Assembly (NCBI GenBank): GCA_008363075.1
Contig: RHKK01000001.1
Location: 47,758 to 111,757 of the forward strand
Direction: 5' to 3'
Source of the DNA: Candidatus Uhrbacteria bacterium
GTDB lineage: Bacteria > Patescibacteriota > Patescibacteriia > 2-12-FULL-60-25
DNA: 64,000 nt
Part shown: piece after piece, positions 8,373 to 17,129 of the stretch
How the letters are laid out: every line of letters starts with the position of its first letter
Position numbering within the stretch: the first letter of the stretch is position 1
Notes under the pieces: generated by a model
Database searches by the model: none
Seen by the model: the letters and a program-made list of their open reading frames with translations, nothing else
Told to the model about the DNA's origin: nothing
Program-made: the position numbers and the translations under genes

Positions 8373-8906
8373 TTACTCGTCGTCATCAAAATCGTACGTA
8401 TCCCCGCGGCCGACGGCAAAGAGCAGGAAAATCGGCAAAATCAGCCAAATCGAACGCCCTTCCTCACCCATGAATATCTGGCGAAATGCCGGGGAAAGAG
8501 CCGCGGTCACTTCCGAAGGAAGGAGAAACAATGCGATGCTGACGGTCAATCCGACTTGACAAAGGCTGAACAAAAACGATTCCCACATGGCGCCGCGCGA
8601 AGCGCCGAGATTCTTGAGCGCGGGGCTATTCCAAAGGATGAAGAAGATCGTAAAAAACAATCCGAGAAACCAGACGAGGCGCAGCGATTCGTTCGACGAA
8701 AGTCCGAACGCGCGGTCGAGCATGCCGACGGCCGGCGCGTTTGTGACGACCGCAAGCGAGACGTAGGTCGAGATCAGGATCACGATAGAACGATCACGAC
8801 CCGCGTAAATCCCATACGCCACACCGACAATCGCAAACGCCGCGAGGATCAGCAGATCCCACGAAGCTCCGAGTGATGAAAGCCATGCGCTCACAGAAGG
8901 AGGCAT
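8373..8906 (-). CDS. integral membrane protein (CvpA-like, tentative)
   Basis: 177 aa with 4-5 hydrophobic helices and an acidic tail (DFDDDE). Confidence 0.65.
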   Translation of the reverse strand: MPPSVSAWLSSLGASWDLLILAAFAIVGVAYGIYAGRDRSIVILISTYVSLAVVTNAPAVGMLDRAFGLSSNESLRLVWFLGLFFTIFFILWNSPALKNLGASRGAMWESFLFSLCQVGLTVSIALFLLPSEVTAALSPAFRQIFMGEEGRSIWLILPIFLLFAVGRGDTYDFDDDE

Positions 8907-8930
8907 GTAGACATGATAGCACTCTCATCC

Positions 8931-8997
8931 GTCATTCTGAGGTACGAAGAATCTCACGCGGATAATAAGTGAGATCCTTCACGATGTTCAGGATGAC
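8931..8997. repeat. hairpin repeat family A, copy 1
   Basis: Arms GTCATTCTGAGG..GAAGAATCTCAC / GTGAGATCCTTCAC..TTCAGGATGAC. Located immediately 3' of the dnaJ stop. Confidence 0.85.
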
Positions 8998-9001
8998 GAA
9001 T

Positions 9002-10096
9002 TTAAAGCCCCTCTTCCTTCATTTGCTCCAGCAATTTCTTCTGCTCCTTCGAAAGCTTCCTCGGCACATCCGCTTCGAGTCGAACGTGATGGTCACCGCG
9101 ACCGCCGCGCTGGAACGGAACGCCTTTCCCTTTCAACGTGATGATCGTACCCGTCGGCGTGCCTTCGGAAATCTTGATCGTTTCTTTGCCGTCGATGGTC
9201 TCGGCTTCGATGCTTCCGCCCAGCGCGAGGATCGAAAACGGTACGCGTTCGATAGACATGAGCTCGTGCCCGTCGCGTTCGAAGTACGGATCGTTTTTCA
9301 CGTGCACGCGCACGAGCAAATCGCCCGGACGACCGGCGTTCGCCGGCGTTTCGCCTTGGTCGGCGACTTGGAGCACCGTGTCCACGTCAACGCCGGGTGG
9401 AATGCGCAGACTCACGGTCTCTTCGCGCTTTTCCACGCCGTATCCGCGACACGTATGGCACGGTTTTTCCGGTTTCTTGCCGCGACCATGGCATTCCTTG
9501 CAAGGAGTCGCCGTGTGGAACACGCCAAACATGGTGCGCTGGGCTTGCTTCACCTGCCCCGTACCGGAACACGTTTTACAGTCTTCGATTTTGCTCCCCG
9601 GCTCGGCGCCGTCGCCTTTACATGTCGAGCATTTCGTTTGCCGATACAACTTTACCGATTTGTCCGTGCCGAAAATCGCTTCGCGAAACGTAAGCTCGAT
9701 ATCCATTTCGATATTACGTCCGCGTTTTGGACGCACGCCGCCCTGTGCACCGCCGAAGCCGAACATCTCGCCGAGAATATCGCCGAGATCACCCATGTTG
9801 CTCGCGTCAAAATGGACGTTGTTGAAATCGAATCCGCCGAAACCGCCGCCGGGGAATCCGCCGAATCCCGCCCCCGCTCCCCCGTTCTCAAACGCGCCGG
9901 AAGCGAAGCGGTCATACGTCCCGCGCTTTTGCTTGTCGGAGAGGACTTGATACGCCTCGTTCACGTCCTTGAATTTCGAAGGATCACCGCCTTTGTCGGG
10001 GTGATGCTCATGCGCCAGACGACGAAACGCTTTCTTGATCTCGTCGTCTGAAGCCGTCTTCGAAACGCCAAGAATGGCGTAGTAGTCTTTTGCCAT
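9002..10096 (-). CDS. dnaJ: molecular chaperone DnaJ
   Basis: J domain (YYAILGV..HPDK), G/F-rich linker, four CxxCxGxG zinc motifs and a C-terminal substrate-binding domain. Confidence 0.95.
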   Translation of the reverse strand: MAKDYYAILGVSKTASDDEIKKAFRRLAHEHHPDKGGDPSKFKDVNEAYQVLSDKQKRGTYDRFASGAFENGGAGAGFGGFPGGGFGGFDFNNVHFDASNMGDLGDILGEMFGFGGAQGGVRPKRGRNIEMDIELTFREAIFGTDKSVKLYRQTKCSTCKGDGAEPGSKIEDCKTCSGTGQVKQAQRTMFGVFHTATPCKECHGRGKKPEKPCHTCRGYGVEKREETVSLRIPPGVDVDTVLQVADQGETPANAGRPGDLLVRVHVKNDPYFERDGHELMSIERVPFSILALGGSIEAETIDGKETIKISEGTPTGTIITLKGKGVPFQRGGRGDHHVRLEADVPRKLSKEQKKLLEQMKEEGL

Positions 10097-10107
10097 GTTT
10101 GTAGGAC

Positions 10108-10446
10108 TTAATGAGATTCGCTTTTGCTAGAATTTTCAGCATTCTCTAAAGTCTGGTTCATCCGACACAGGTTTTCCTCTTGAAAGAATTCGCGCTGAGC
10201 GGCCGGAGTGCCGGATGTTACCGAGGCCTCGTTCGCTTTCGCTGGCGGAGTAAGCGCGGTAATCGCCTGACTGATCGGTGAGCTCGCTACAGAGCTGCCG
10301 ATCAGGGTTAACAGGCTTCTTCGAAAAAGTTTGTTTTCGCTGACCCAGTCGAAAAAACGTCTCCATGCAGAATTTAAGAACCTGTCGAGAAAATGTTCCT
10401 CGACTTCTTTTTTGGGACGCGATTTTACCAAGCTTTTGCGTCCCAT
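10108..10446 (-). CDS. hypothetical protein
   Basis: 112-aa ORF in a visibly AT-richer stretch between dnaJ and dnaK. No family recognised. Confidence 0.5.
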   Translation of the reverse strand: MGRKSLVKSRPKKEVEEHFLDRFLNSAWRRFFDWVSENKLFRRSLLTLIGSSVASSPISQAITALTPPAKANEASVTSGTPAAQREFFQEENLCRMNQTLENAENSSKSESH

Positions 10447-10450
10447 AGCT

Positions 10451-10840
10451 CTAACGCATTCGAACTTGAAATTCTACAGCTTGGACCTCGTTCTGAATCT
10501 CGATTTCTGCACGGTACGTACCCAACTCAGGAAAACGGATACCGTTGATTCCGTATACTCCATTGATCCCCTCGGCGAGGCTCTCCCCAACAGAGTATGG
10601 AATTGGCTGGTCAAAGATCGCTTCTCCACTGGGCGATACAATGCGCAGCTTAGCCTCTCCGCGAGCCCCCTTGCCTAAGCCCGCAATAGAGAACACCACG
10701 AAGATTCGCGGATGTATCCAAGGCTTTTCACGCGAGGGTTCAAAAAGAGGATGGATTACGTCGAAGATACCGGTGATCGTTGGTTTACCGTCCGCGAGAA
10801 CAGCTGCGTAATCGCTTACTACGATGTATTTTAGTTTCAT
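10451..10840 (-). CDS. hypothetical protein
   Basis: 129 aa from MKLKYIVVSDYA; the longest ORF starts at 10861. Beta-rich composition in an AT-richer stretch. Confidence 0.6.
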   Translation of the reverse strand: MKLKYIVVSDYAAVLADGKPTITGIFDVIHPLFEPSREKPWIHPRIFVVFSIAGLGKGARGEAKLRIVSPSGEAIFDQPIPYSVGESLAEGINGVYGINGIRFPELGTYRAEIEIQNEVQAVEFQVRMR

Positions 10841-10847
10841 ATAAGTA

Positions 10848-11111
10848 TTATTTCGTACCACCTTCGTATCTCATCTTCTCCCACTCGGTCAGCGTCTTCT
10901 GGATCACCTCAACGAGTTCTTTTGCCGTGAAATGATTCAAGAAGATCCGCGAGACGAGCTGCCCCTGCTGTTGATCGCCCGCGCGGCCCTGCGCGATGAA
11001 GTCGATGATCACATCACGCTCTTGCGATGTGACGGCAACGATATTCGCGTAGCGACCTTGCAGCTCTTCCGGCCGCGCGTTGATTTGGATGGTGGGTTTT
11101 TGGTCGGACAT
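10848..11111 (-). CDS. DUF3467-like small protein
   Basis: 87 aa. The GRYANIVAVTSQERDVIIDF..SRIFLNHFTAKELVEVIQKTL pattern fits what I recall of DUF3467. Confidence 0.65.
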   Translation of the reverse strand: MSDQKPTIQINARPEELQGRYANIVAVTSQERDVIIDFIAQGRAGDQQQGQLVSRIFLNHFTAKELVEVIQKTLTEWEKMRYEGGTK

Positions 11112-11118
11112 AGTACTT

Positions 11119-11189
11119 GTCGTCGCGAGGAGCGAAGCGACGTGGCGATCTCATCGGGTGAGATTGCTTCGCTTCGCTCGCAACGACAC
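11119..11189. repeat. hairpin repeat family B, copy 1
   Basis: Arms GTCGTCGCGAGGAGCGAAGCGA..ATCTCA / TGAGATTGCTTCGCTTCGCTCGCAACGAC. Located immediately 3' of the dnaK stop. Confidence 0.85.
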
Positions 11190-11190
11190 G

Positions 11191-13101
11191 TTAAGCGTTA
11201 GGCTCTTCCGGCTTTTGTTCTTCGGACGTCGTTTCTTCCTGCTTCACTTCACCCTCTTGCGGCGGAACCTCGGCTTCGGGACGCGTTTGGTACAGCGCGG
11301 CGCCGACGGTTTGCGCGGCCGTGGCGAGCTCGTCCGCCGCTTTCTTGATCGCCTCGAGATCTTCGCCGTCTTTGATCGCTTTCAACGCGGCGAGTTTTTC
11401 CTCCACGGCTTTCTTGTCTTCTTCTTTCACTTTGCCCTCGGCCTCCTTCATCATCTTTTCCGTGGTGTAGATCATCGTCTCGGCCATATTCTTCACCTCG
11501 ACGGACTCGCGGCGCTTTTTGTCGGCGTCGGCGTTCGCTTCCGCATCCTTCTTCATGCGTTCGACTTCGTCCTTCGGGATATTCGTCGAGGCCGTGATCG
11601 TGATCGTCTGTTCCTTGCCCGTGGCCTTGTCCTTCGCTTTCACGTTCAAGATGCCGTTCGCGTCGATGTCGAACGTGACCTCGATTTGCGGAACGCCACG
11701 CGGTGCGGGCGGAATGCCGGAAAGCGAGAAGCGTCCGAGCGACTTGTTGTCGGCCGCCATTTCTCGCTCGCCTTGCAGCACGTGGACCTCCACGGACGGC
11801 TGACCGTCGGCCGCGGTCGAGAAAATCTGCGACTTCGACGTCGGAATCGTCGTGTTGCGCTCGATCACTTTCGTCATCACGCCGCCCAGCGTCTCGATGC
11901 CGAGCGAAAGCGGTGTCACGTCGAGAAGCAAAAGCTCCCCCTTCAGGTCGCCTTGCAGGTTTCCGGCCTGGATCGCGGCGCCGATGGCGACGACTTCGTC
12001 CGGGTTCACCGTCGCGTTCGGCTTTTTGCCGAAGAACTTTTCGACGGCCTGTTGCACGAGCGGCATGCGCGTCATCCCGCCGACGAGAATCACTTCGTGG
12101 ATGTCGGACGTGGAGAGTTTGGCGTCCGCGAGCGCCTTTTTGCACGGCTCAAGCGACTTCTCGACGAGATCGCCGACGAGCTGCTCGAGCGTGGCGCGCG
12201 TGAGCTTGAGCAACAAGTGCTTGGGTCCGCTCGCATCGGACGTGATAAACGGCTGGTTGATCTCGGTTTCCATCGCGGACGACAATTCGATCTTCGCCTT
12301 CTCTGCCGCGTCCTTGATGCGCTGGAGCGCGAGATTGTCCTTCGACAAATCCACGCCTTCGGCTTTCTTGAATTCGTCCACGATCCACTGGATGATCTTT
12401 TGGTCAAAGTCGTCGCCGCCCAAGTGCGTATCGCCGTTGGTCGCGCGTACTTCGATCGTGTTTTGCTCGGTCGCGGCGTCGTAGGCGACCTCGAGCACGG
12501 ACACGTCAAACGTGCCGCCGCCCAAGTCGTATACGACGATTTTCTCGTCCTTCTTGCGGTCGAATCCGTACGCGAGCGCGGCGGCCGTCGGCTCGTTGAT
12601 GATGCGGCGCACGTTCAGGCCCGCGATCTCGCCGGCGAGCTTGGTCGCCTGGCGCTGCGCGTCGTCGAAATACGCCGGAACCGTGATCACGGCTTCGGTG
12701 ATCTTTTCGCCGATCTTGGCTTCCGCATCGGCCTTGAGCTTTTGCAGTACCATGGCCGAGATTTCTTCGGGCGCGTATTCCTTGCCGCCCATCAGCACAC
12801 GCACGCCTTCGTCCTTTTTCACGACCTTGTACGGCAGCCACTTGGCGTCGCGTTGCACTTCTTCGTCGTCCCAGCGGCGGCCGATCAGGCGTTTTACCGA
12901 GAACAACGTGTTCTCCGGATTCACGACGGACTGGCGCTTGGCGGTTTGGCCCGCCAGACGCTCGCCGGTTTTCGTCACCGCAACGACGGACGGCGTCGTA
13001 CGGCTTCCCTCCGCGTTTTCCAACACCTTCGGCTGGCCGCCTTCAACCACGGCCATGCACGAGTTGGTCGTTCCAAGATCGATTCCGAGAATTTTTGGCA
13101 T
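11191..13101 (-). CDS. dnaK: molecular chaperone DnaK (Hsp70)
   Basis: [18 protein letters not shown].., [10 protein letters not shown], and the full NBD and SBD. The longest ORF (13164) runs into the repeat upstream, so M22 was chosen. Confidence 0.97.
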   Translation of the reverse strand: MPKILGIDLGTTNSCMAVVEGGQPKVLENAEGSRTTPSVVAVTKTGERLAGQTAKRQSVVNPENTLFSVKRLIGRRWDDEEVQRDAKWLPYKVVKKDEGVRVLMGGKEYAPEEISAMVLQKLKADAEAKIGEKITEAVITVPAYFDDAQRQATKLAGEIAGLNVRRIINEPTAAALAYGFDRKKDEKIVVYDLGGGTFDVSVLEVAYDAATEQNTIEVRATNGDTHLGGDDFDQKIIQWIVDEFKKAEGVDLSKDNLALQRIKDAAEKAKIELSSAMETEINQPFITSDASGPKHLLLKLTRATLEQLVGDLVEKSLEPCKKALADAKLSTSDIHEVILVGGMTRMPLVQQAVEKFFGKKPNATVNPDEVVAIGAAIQAGNLQGDLKGELLLLDVTPLSLGIETLGGVMTKVIERNTTIPTSKSQIFSTAADGQPSVEVHVLQGEREMAADNKSLGRFSLSGIPPAPRGVPQIEVTFDIDANGILNVKAKDKATGKEQTITITASTNIPKDEVERMKKDAEANADADKKRRESVEVKNMAETMIYTTEKMMKEAEGKVKEEDKKAVEEKLAALKAIKDGEDLEAIKKAADELATAAQTVGAALYQTRPEAEVPPQEGEVKQEETTSEEQKPEEPNA

Positions 13102-13111
13102 AGGGTCTAGT

Positions 13112-13184
13112 GTCATCCTGAACGTAGTGAGGGATCTCCGATTCCAGAGATCCTTCGACTCCACTTCGTTTCGCTCAGGATGAC
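13112..13184. repeat. hairpin repeat family A, copy 2
   Basis: Arms GTCATCCTGAACG..GGGATCTC / GAGATCCTTCG..CGCTCAGGATGAC. Lies between the hsp20 stop and the dnaK start. Confidence 0.85.
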
Positions 13185-13200
13185 GGTCAATATTTTTTAC

Positions 13201-13632
13201 TTAAGATTTCTTGTTGACCGTCACCTTGATGGATTGCTTCTGTTCGCCGAGCTTTGGCACATTGATCTTGAGGATGCCGTTGTCGAACGACGCCTCCGCC
13301 TTTTGACCGTCCACCGCCGTCGGCAAGGCAATTTGGCGGAACACTGTTCCCTGGCGGACTTCCTTGCGATAGTAATTCTTGTCGTCCACTTCGGTTTTGC
13401 GTTCGGAGCGGCCCTTGATCGTCAGGATGCCGTTGTCGATCGACACCTCAAGCTTGCCGGGTTCCACGCCGGGGATCGGCGTTTCGACCACGACCGCGTC
13501 TTTGGTCTCGTACATGTCCACCGGCGGGACGATCCCCTGCGAGGCCGGCGCGGACATGGCGCGCATATCCTCGAACATCTTGTCGAAGTCGGCGAAGGGA
13601 TCATTGAAGGGTGACCATTTGATGACGGACAT
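13201..13632 (-). CDS. Hsp20/alpha-crystallin family small heat-shock protein
   Basis: 143 aa. The alpha-crystallin core runs from PVDMYETKDAVVVETPIPGV.. to ..ASFDNGILKINVPK. Confidence 0.9.
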   Translation of the reverse strand: MSVIKWSPFNDPFADFDKMFEDMRAMSAPASQGIVPPVDMYETKDAVVVETPIPGVEPGKLEVSIDNGILTIKGRSERKTEVDDKNYYRKEVRQGTVFRQIALPTAVDGQKAEASFDNGILKINVPKLGEQKQSIKVTVNKKS

Positions 13633-13635
13633 ACG

Positions 13636-13670
13636 TGATGAGTGAGTAGTGAGTAGAAAGTAGTGAGTAG
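13636..13670. repeat. heptad array gtgatga/gtgagta/gtgagta/gaaagta/gtgagta, directly 5' of the hsp20 start
   Basis: Read directly from the sequence. The 21-mer GTGAGTAGAAAGTAGTGAGTA is repeated at 51128-51148, upstream of rplJ. Confidence 0.85.
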
Positions 13671-13671
13671 C

Positions 13672-14229
13672 TTAGGATGCGACGATAACCTTTGCGGGTC
13701 GCAAGACTTTTCCGTGGAGCTTCCAGCCGTCCTGCGTCACGCGGAGGATGGCGCCGGGTTCCTTGCCTTCCGCCTCCTCCTCGCCGACCGCCTCGTGCAG
13801 GTTCGGATCGAAGGCGCCGTCCGCGGCGATCCGCTCGAGACCCGCGCCTGCGGCGGCCTGCTCCCAAAGCGTATGTACCGCCTTCACCCCGACAAGCCAG
13901 TTGTCCCATTTCTTTCTCTCCTCGTCGGGAAGCACGGCGGTGTCGGGCAAATGCCGGAGCGCAAGCCCGAACTGATCGAGCGCCGGCAGCAGGTCGGACA
14001 GAAGCCGTTCATTCGCGTATTTCGAGAACTCGACTTTTTGATGCTCGGTTTCCTTCTTGAGATTTTGATAGTCCGCCTGCGCACGTTTCCATCCTGCCAG
14101 ATATTCTTCGCATTTTGCACAGTTGTCGTTGCGAGGAGCTTTTTGCGACGAAGCAATCTCCGAGTCCCGATCCTGAGATTGCTTCGCTTCGCTCGCAACG
14201 ACACGCTCGTTCTTGTGTTCTTCATCCAT
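13672..14229 (-). CDS. grpE: nucleotide exchange factor GrpE
   Basis: WKRAQADYQNLKKE.. coiled region and a C-terminal beta domain (HEAVGEEE..PGAILRVTQDGWKLHGKVLRPAKV). The N-terminal 35 aa are encoded by a family B repeat. Confidence 0.9.
   Translation of the reverse strand: MDEEHKNERVVASEAKQSQDRDSEIASSQKAPRNDNCAKCEEYLAGWKRAQADYQNLKKETEHQKVEFSKYANERLLSDLLPALDQFGLALRHLPDTAVLPDEERKKWDNWLVGVKAVHTLWEQAAAGAGLERIAADGAFDPNLHEAVGEEEAEGKEPGAILRVTQDGWKLHGKVLRPAKVIVAS
14125..14204. repeat. hairpin repeat family B, copy 2, inside the grpE 5' coding region
   Basis: Arms GTCGTTGCGAGGAGC..GAAGCAATCTC / GAGATTGCTTCGCTTCGCTCGCAACGAC. It is translated as ..RVVASEAKQSQDRDSEIASSQKAPRND.. Confidence 0.85.
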
Positions 14230-14241
14230 AGAAATCGTCGG

Positions 14242-14913
14242 TTATTGGAGGGCGTCCGTCGCCGAGTAAAGATTGGAGAGCGCGTCCTGATAGTCCATCC
14301 GCAGCGGGCCGAGGATGCCGATCATCCCGCCGGGAACCGTCGCGAGGACGGAACCGCAGGCCGGGCCGAAGGGACACTCCTTGCCGAGCAGGATGTGTGG
14401 CGCGGAAAACGATTTGCGGCGCAGATCCGAGAGCGTGTCGTCGAGGTGATCGAGGAGCTGCGTCATGTCCACGACGCGTTGCCAGTTGCGGAACTCCGGT
14501 TGGCCGAAGAGCTCGGAGAGTCCGGTGTAATACGTGTCGGACTCGTGATGCGCGACGATGGCGGCGAGACCGGAGGCTTCCGCGAGCTCGCGCGCAACCA
14601 TCTTGAGTTTGCGGTCTTCTTCCGCTTTCGCGGCGGCGACAAGGCGTTCTTTGACGCGCTTGCCGGACGGACGCGGGACCACCCACGTCGCCACATAGCG
14701 CTTGAACCCGGCCTCGGTCGGGATGCGGCCGCCGGAGGTGTGCGGCTGCATGAGCAGGCCCTGGTCGTCGAGCGCAGCGAACCAATTGCGGATGGTCGCC
14801 GGCGAGACGTCGAGCTTGTAGCGCTCAACCAAGGCCTGCGAACCGACGGGTTCGGCCGTGGAGACGTATTCCTCGACCACGAGGCGGAGGAGATTTCCCA
14901 AGCGTTCATCCAT
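14242..14913 (-). CDS. hrcA: heat-inducible transcription repressor HrcA (short form)
   Basis: MDERLGNLLRLVVEEYVSTAEPVGSQAL..VSPATIRNWFAALDDQGLLMQPHTSGGRIPT is the HrcA wHTH. 224 aa from M86 of the longest ORF. A CIRCE element lies directly upstream. Confidence 0.85.
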   Translation of the reverse strand: MDERLGNLLRLVVEEYVSTAEPVGSQALVERYKLDVSPATIRNWFAALDDQGLLMQPHTSGGRIPTEAGFKRYVATWVVPRPSGKRVKERLVAAAKAEEDRKLKMVARELAEASGLAAIVAHHESDTYYTGLSELFGQPEFRNWQRVVDMTQLLDHLDDTLSDLRRKSFSAPHILLGKECPFGPACGSVLATVPGGMIGILGPLRMDYQDALSNLYSATDALQ

Positions 14914-14915
14914 GA

Positions 14916-14942
14916 TTAGCAGTCTATAAAGACGAGTGCTAG
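14916..14942. promoter_or_regulatory. CIRCE operator (HrcA binding site)
   Basis: TTAGCAGTC-N9-GAGTGCTAG, against the consensus TTAGCACTC-N9-GAGTGCTAA. It begins 3 nt upstream of the hrcA start. Confidence 0.8.
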
Positions 14943-14949
14943 ACGTCAA
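14921..14949 (-). promoter_or_regulatory. putative sigma-70-type promoter of the hrcA operon, overlapping CIRCE
   Basis: The minus strand reads TTGACG-17 nt-TAGACT-7 nt-ATG. No SD is present, which suggests a leaderless or near-leaderless transcript. Confidence 0.45.
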
Positions 14950-14974
14950 CCCCGTCATTCGACGGGGCATGGGC

Positions 14975-14997
14975 AAGAAAAAGACCCTTGCGGGGTC
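14975..14997 (-). terminator. rho-independent terminator after the 14996-15643 gene
   Basis: The minus strand has the hairpin GACCCCGCAAGGGTC followed by TTTTTCTT. Confidence 0.6.
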
Positions 14998-15643
14998 AAT
15001 CAGCTTGGTAGCTGTGGTAGAATTGGGATTTCTCGATCTCCGCCTTCTTCGGCACCTCGATGAGAACGCGCTTGATGAGAGACACATGCGGGCTCTCCGA
15101 GAACCGCACGAGAACCGCTTCGGCGGTCTGCTTCGTCCAGCCGAGGGGATAGCCGGTGATCGCATCACGGATCAAGCCCTCGGAGGCGGAAGGCTCTGAC
15201 AGCAAGCGCAGCAAGCCGTCGGTAACGATGTCGCGCATTCGCTGGTGACGCGTCATCCGAGGCTCGTAGTCTCCGTCAGGATAGCGGCACCAGAACCCGT
15301 AGAAGCGATTGACATCGCTCAGGACGATCCGTCTGGTGAAATCGACGATGAGCCTCATCTCGAAGCAATCATCGCTCGACGTAGCTTCGATATGGCGCAT
15401 GACCTCGAAGGTGAGCAAACCAATCTCCCCGGAGAGATTGGCGACCCTCTGGAAGATGTATCCGTTGCTCGGCATCTCGACCGTGTCGAAACGCCAGAAT
15501 GGCGGCGCAATGGCTTGCGCAACGCGCACGAGAGTCGTGATGTTCGCGTCGCGCTCGAAGATGAAACCGGCCAGGAGACGCTTCCCCTGATCGTTGAGCA
15601 CCTCTACGACGTCATTGGAGCTGAGACGGTGGGACTGGGTCAA
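14996..15643 (-). CDS. hypothetical protein (orphan island gene 5)
   Basis: 215 aa. TTG start preceded by GGAGGTG, and the gene has its own terminator. No family recognised. Confidence 0.6.
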   Translation of the reverse strand: MTQSHRLSSNDVVEVLNDQGKRLLAGFIFERDANITTLVRVAQAIAPPFWRFDTVEMPSNGYIFQRVANLSGEIGLLTFEVMRHIEATSSDDCFEMRLIVDFTRRIVLSDVNRFYGFWCRYPDGDYEPRMTRHQRMRDIVTDGLLRLLSEPSASEGLIRDAITGYPLGWTKQTAEAVLVRFSESPHVSLIKRVLIEVPKKAEIEKSQFYHSYQAD

Positions 15644-15728
15644 AGGGCACCTCCAGAAGGGAGGTTAGACGGAAATATTATGCAAGGTCAAGATGACCCG
15701 CCTTCAAAATTACTTTCGCAGGAAATGT

Positions 15729-15757
15729 AAAAAGAAAAAAATCGCCATGATGGCGAT
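15729..15757 (-). terminator. rho-independent terminator after the 15757-16269 gene
   Basis: The minus strand has the hairpin ATCGCCATCATGGCGAT followed by TTTTTTTCTTTTT. Confidence 0.75.
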
Positions 15758-16269
15758 CAGAGGTGGCCGGTGTGGACCAGCCGGCCGAGCCTGGCGAGAT
15801 GCCGGAAGGCCTCGCGGTCGTCGGGGATGTCCCGCGACATGCGCTTGGGTTCGAGACCGAGATGCGCGCTGTCGTGGGCAAGATCGCCGAGCGCATGACC
15901 GCGCGGCAGCGAGAGCGTCCCGAAGGCGCAGACCTGCCACGGGCCGTTCGTGCGGCGCGAGAAGAGGAGCTTCGGCGTGCCCCTGGGCTCGATCTCGACG
16001 CTCGCGTTCACCTGCAGCACCTTGGGTCGCACCAAGCTCTCGGCCGGCGGGATCCCGCACGACAGCGTGAAGAGCCGTTCGTCGCCTCGATGGATGAGCC
16101 GGAACACGTGCCGACTCTGGTCGGGCGTATTGGTAATGATCCTCGGGTACTCGCAGACGGCTCCGACGTTGAGGCCGCCTTCGAGCAGGGCCGGGAAGAG
16201 CATCTTCGCCATGATCTCGAGCGCCCGGTCCACCGCGCGCTTGGTGGGTTCGAACGTTTCGTCCAACAT
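15757..16269 (-). CDS. hypothetical protein (orphan island gene 4)
   Basis: 170 aa. ATG start preceded by AGGAGAG. No family recognised. Confidence 0.6.
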   Translation of the reverse strand: MLDETFEPTKRAVDRALEIMAKMLFPALLEGGLNVGAVCEYPRIITNTPDQSRHVFRLIHRGDERLFTLSCGIPPAESLVRPKVLQVNASVEIEPRGTPKLLFSRRTNGPWQVCAFGTLSLPRGHALGDLAHDSAHLGLEPKRMSRDIPDDREAFRHLARLGRLVHTGHL

Positions 16270-16370
16270 CTCACTCTCCTTTCCGTATCGAGAGACGTGC
16301 CGACTGGGATATCACGTTTCGGGAGGCGCGTCAATCATCCGGATAGAAAAAAAGATCGAGCCAGTCTCGA

Positions 16371-16691
16371 TCAGGAACGCTCCTCTTCGACCGGGATGCG
16401 CGGCGCAGGCGGCAACTGCAGCTCACCGCGATCGATCAGATATTGCAGCGGGATCTTGCTCTTGAGCGGTTCGCGCATCAAGCGCTTCGTCGTCTCGCCG
16501 TGGTGCCCCGTACGCTGGAAGCGGCTGACGTTCGGCGCCTTCTTCTCGGGCGGCGGGCTCGAGATGCGGCAGCAGGCGCAATCGGGGCAGTGCCCGTCCT
16601 CGTTCAGCGAGACCTGCTGCGTCGGCGCTCCGCAATTTCCACATTCGACCGTGGTATTCGACACGTGTCTTTCCTCCCTTCGATAGGACAT
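16371..16691 (-). CDS. small zinc-ribbon protein (orphan island gene 3)
   Basis: 106 aa. CGNCG..(15 aa)..CPDCACC zinc-ribbon-like cysteines. It lies 10 nt downstream of the preceding ORF. Confidence 0.55.
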   Translation of the reverse strand: MSYRREERHVSNTTVECGNCGAPTQQVSLNEDGHCPDCACCRISSPPPEKKAPNVSRFQRTGHHGETTKRLMREPLKSKIPLQYLIDRGELQLPPAPRIPVEEERS

Positions 16692-16700
16692 GAAGCGAAG

Positions 16701-17129
16701 TCAGGCGAACTCGTGCGCCAGCGCGACGTACGTACGGCGCGTCTCGGCGATCATGCGATGACCGAGGAGGCGCGCACGATGCTCGTCCATGGCGAGCGCC
16801 TCGGAGGGGTTGGCGAGTCCGAGCTCCCTCGCGTACGCGAGGAGCTCCTCGGACGCGTCTCCGTCCTCGGGCTGGATCTCCAGCATGTGGAGATCCATGC
16901 GCGGATCGTAGCGCAGGACGAGGTTGACCATGGCGTCGATCGGCGTCGCGCCCGCGTCGCCGAAGAAGAGGGACAGGGACAGGACCATCTCCTCCGTCTG
17001 CGGATCGGGCATCTCGCCGATGTAGAGAGCGCGTGTGCGCGTTTGCGCGCTGAACGAGTGATCGTCCACGAGTGCGTTGCGCAGGCCGGCGATGCGGGCC
17101 GCTTGGATCATCTCTCTCGAGGTGAGCAT
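16701..17129 (-). CDS. hypothetical protein (orphan island gene 2)
   Basis: 142 aa from ATG 17129, which is preceded by AAGGAGAAGA. The longest ORF starts at GTG 17144. Confidence 0.6.
   Translation of the reverse strand: MLTSREMIQAARIAGLRNALVDDHSFSAQTRTRALYIGEMPDPQTEEMVLSLSLFFGDAGATPIDAMVNLVLRYDPRMDLHMLEIQPEDGDASEELLAYARELGLANPSEALAMDEHRARLLGHRMIAETRRTYVALAHEFA

Noticed and set aside
11080-13110. A 676-aa plus-strand ORF.
   Set aside because: It is fully antisense to dnaK and has an Arg/Leu/Gly-rich low-complexity translation. It is a shadow ORF.
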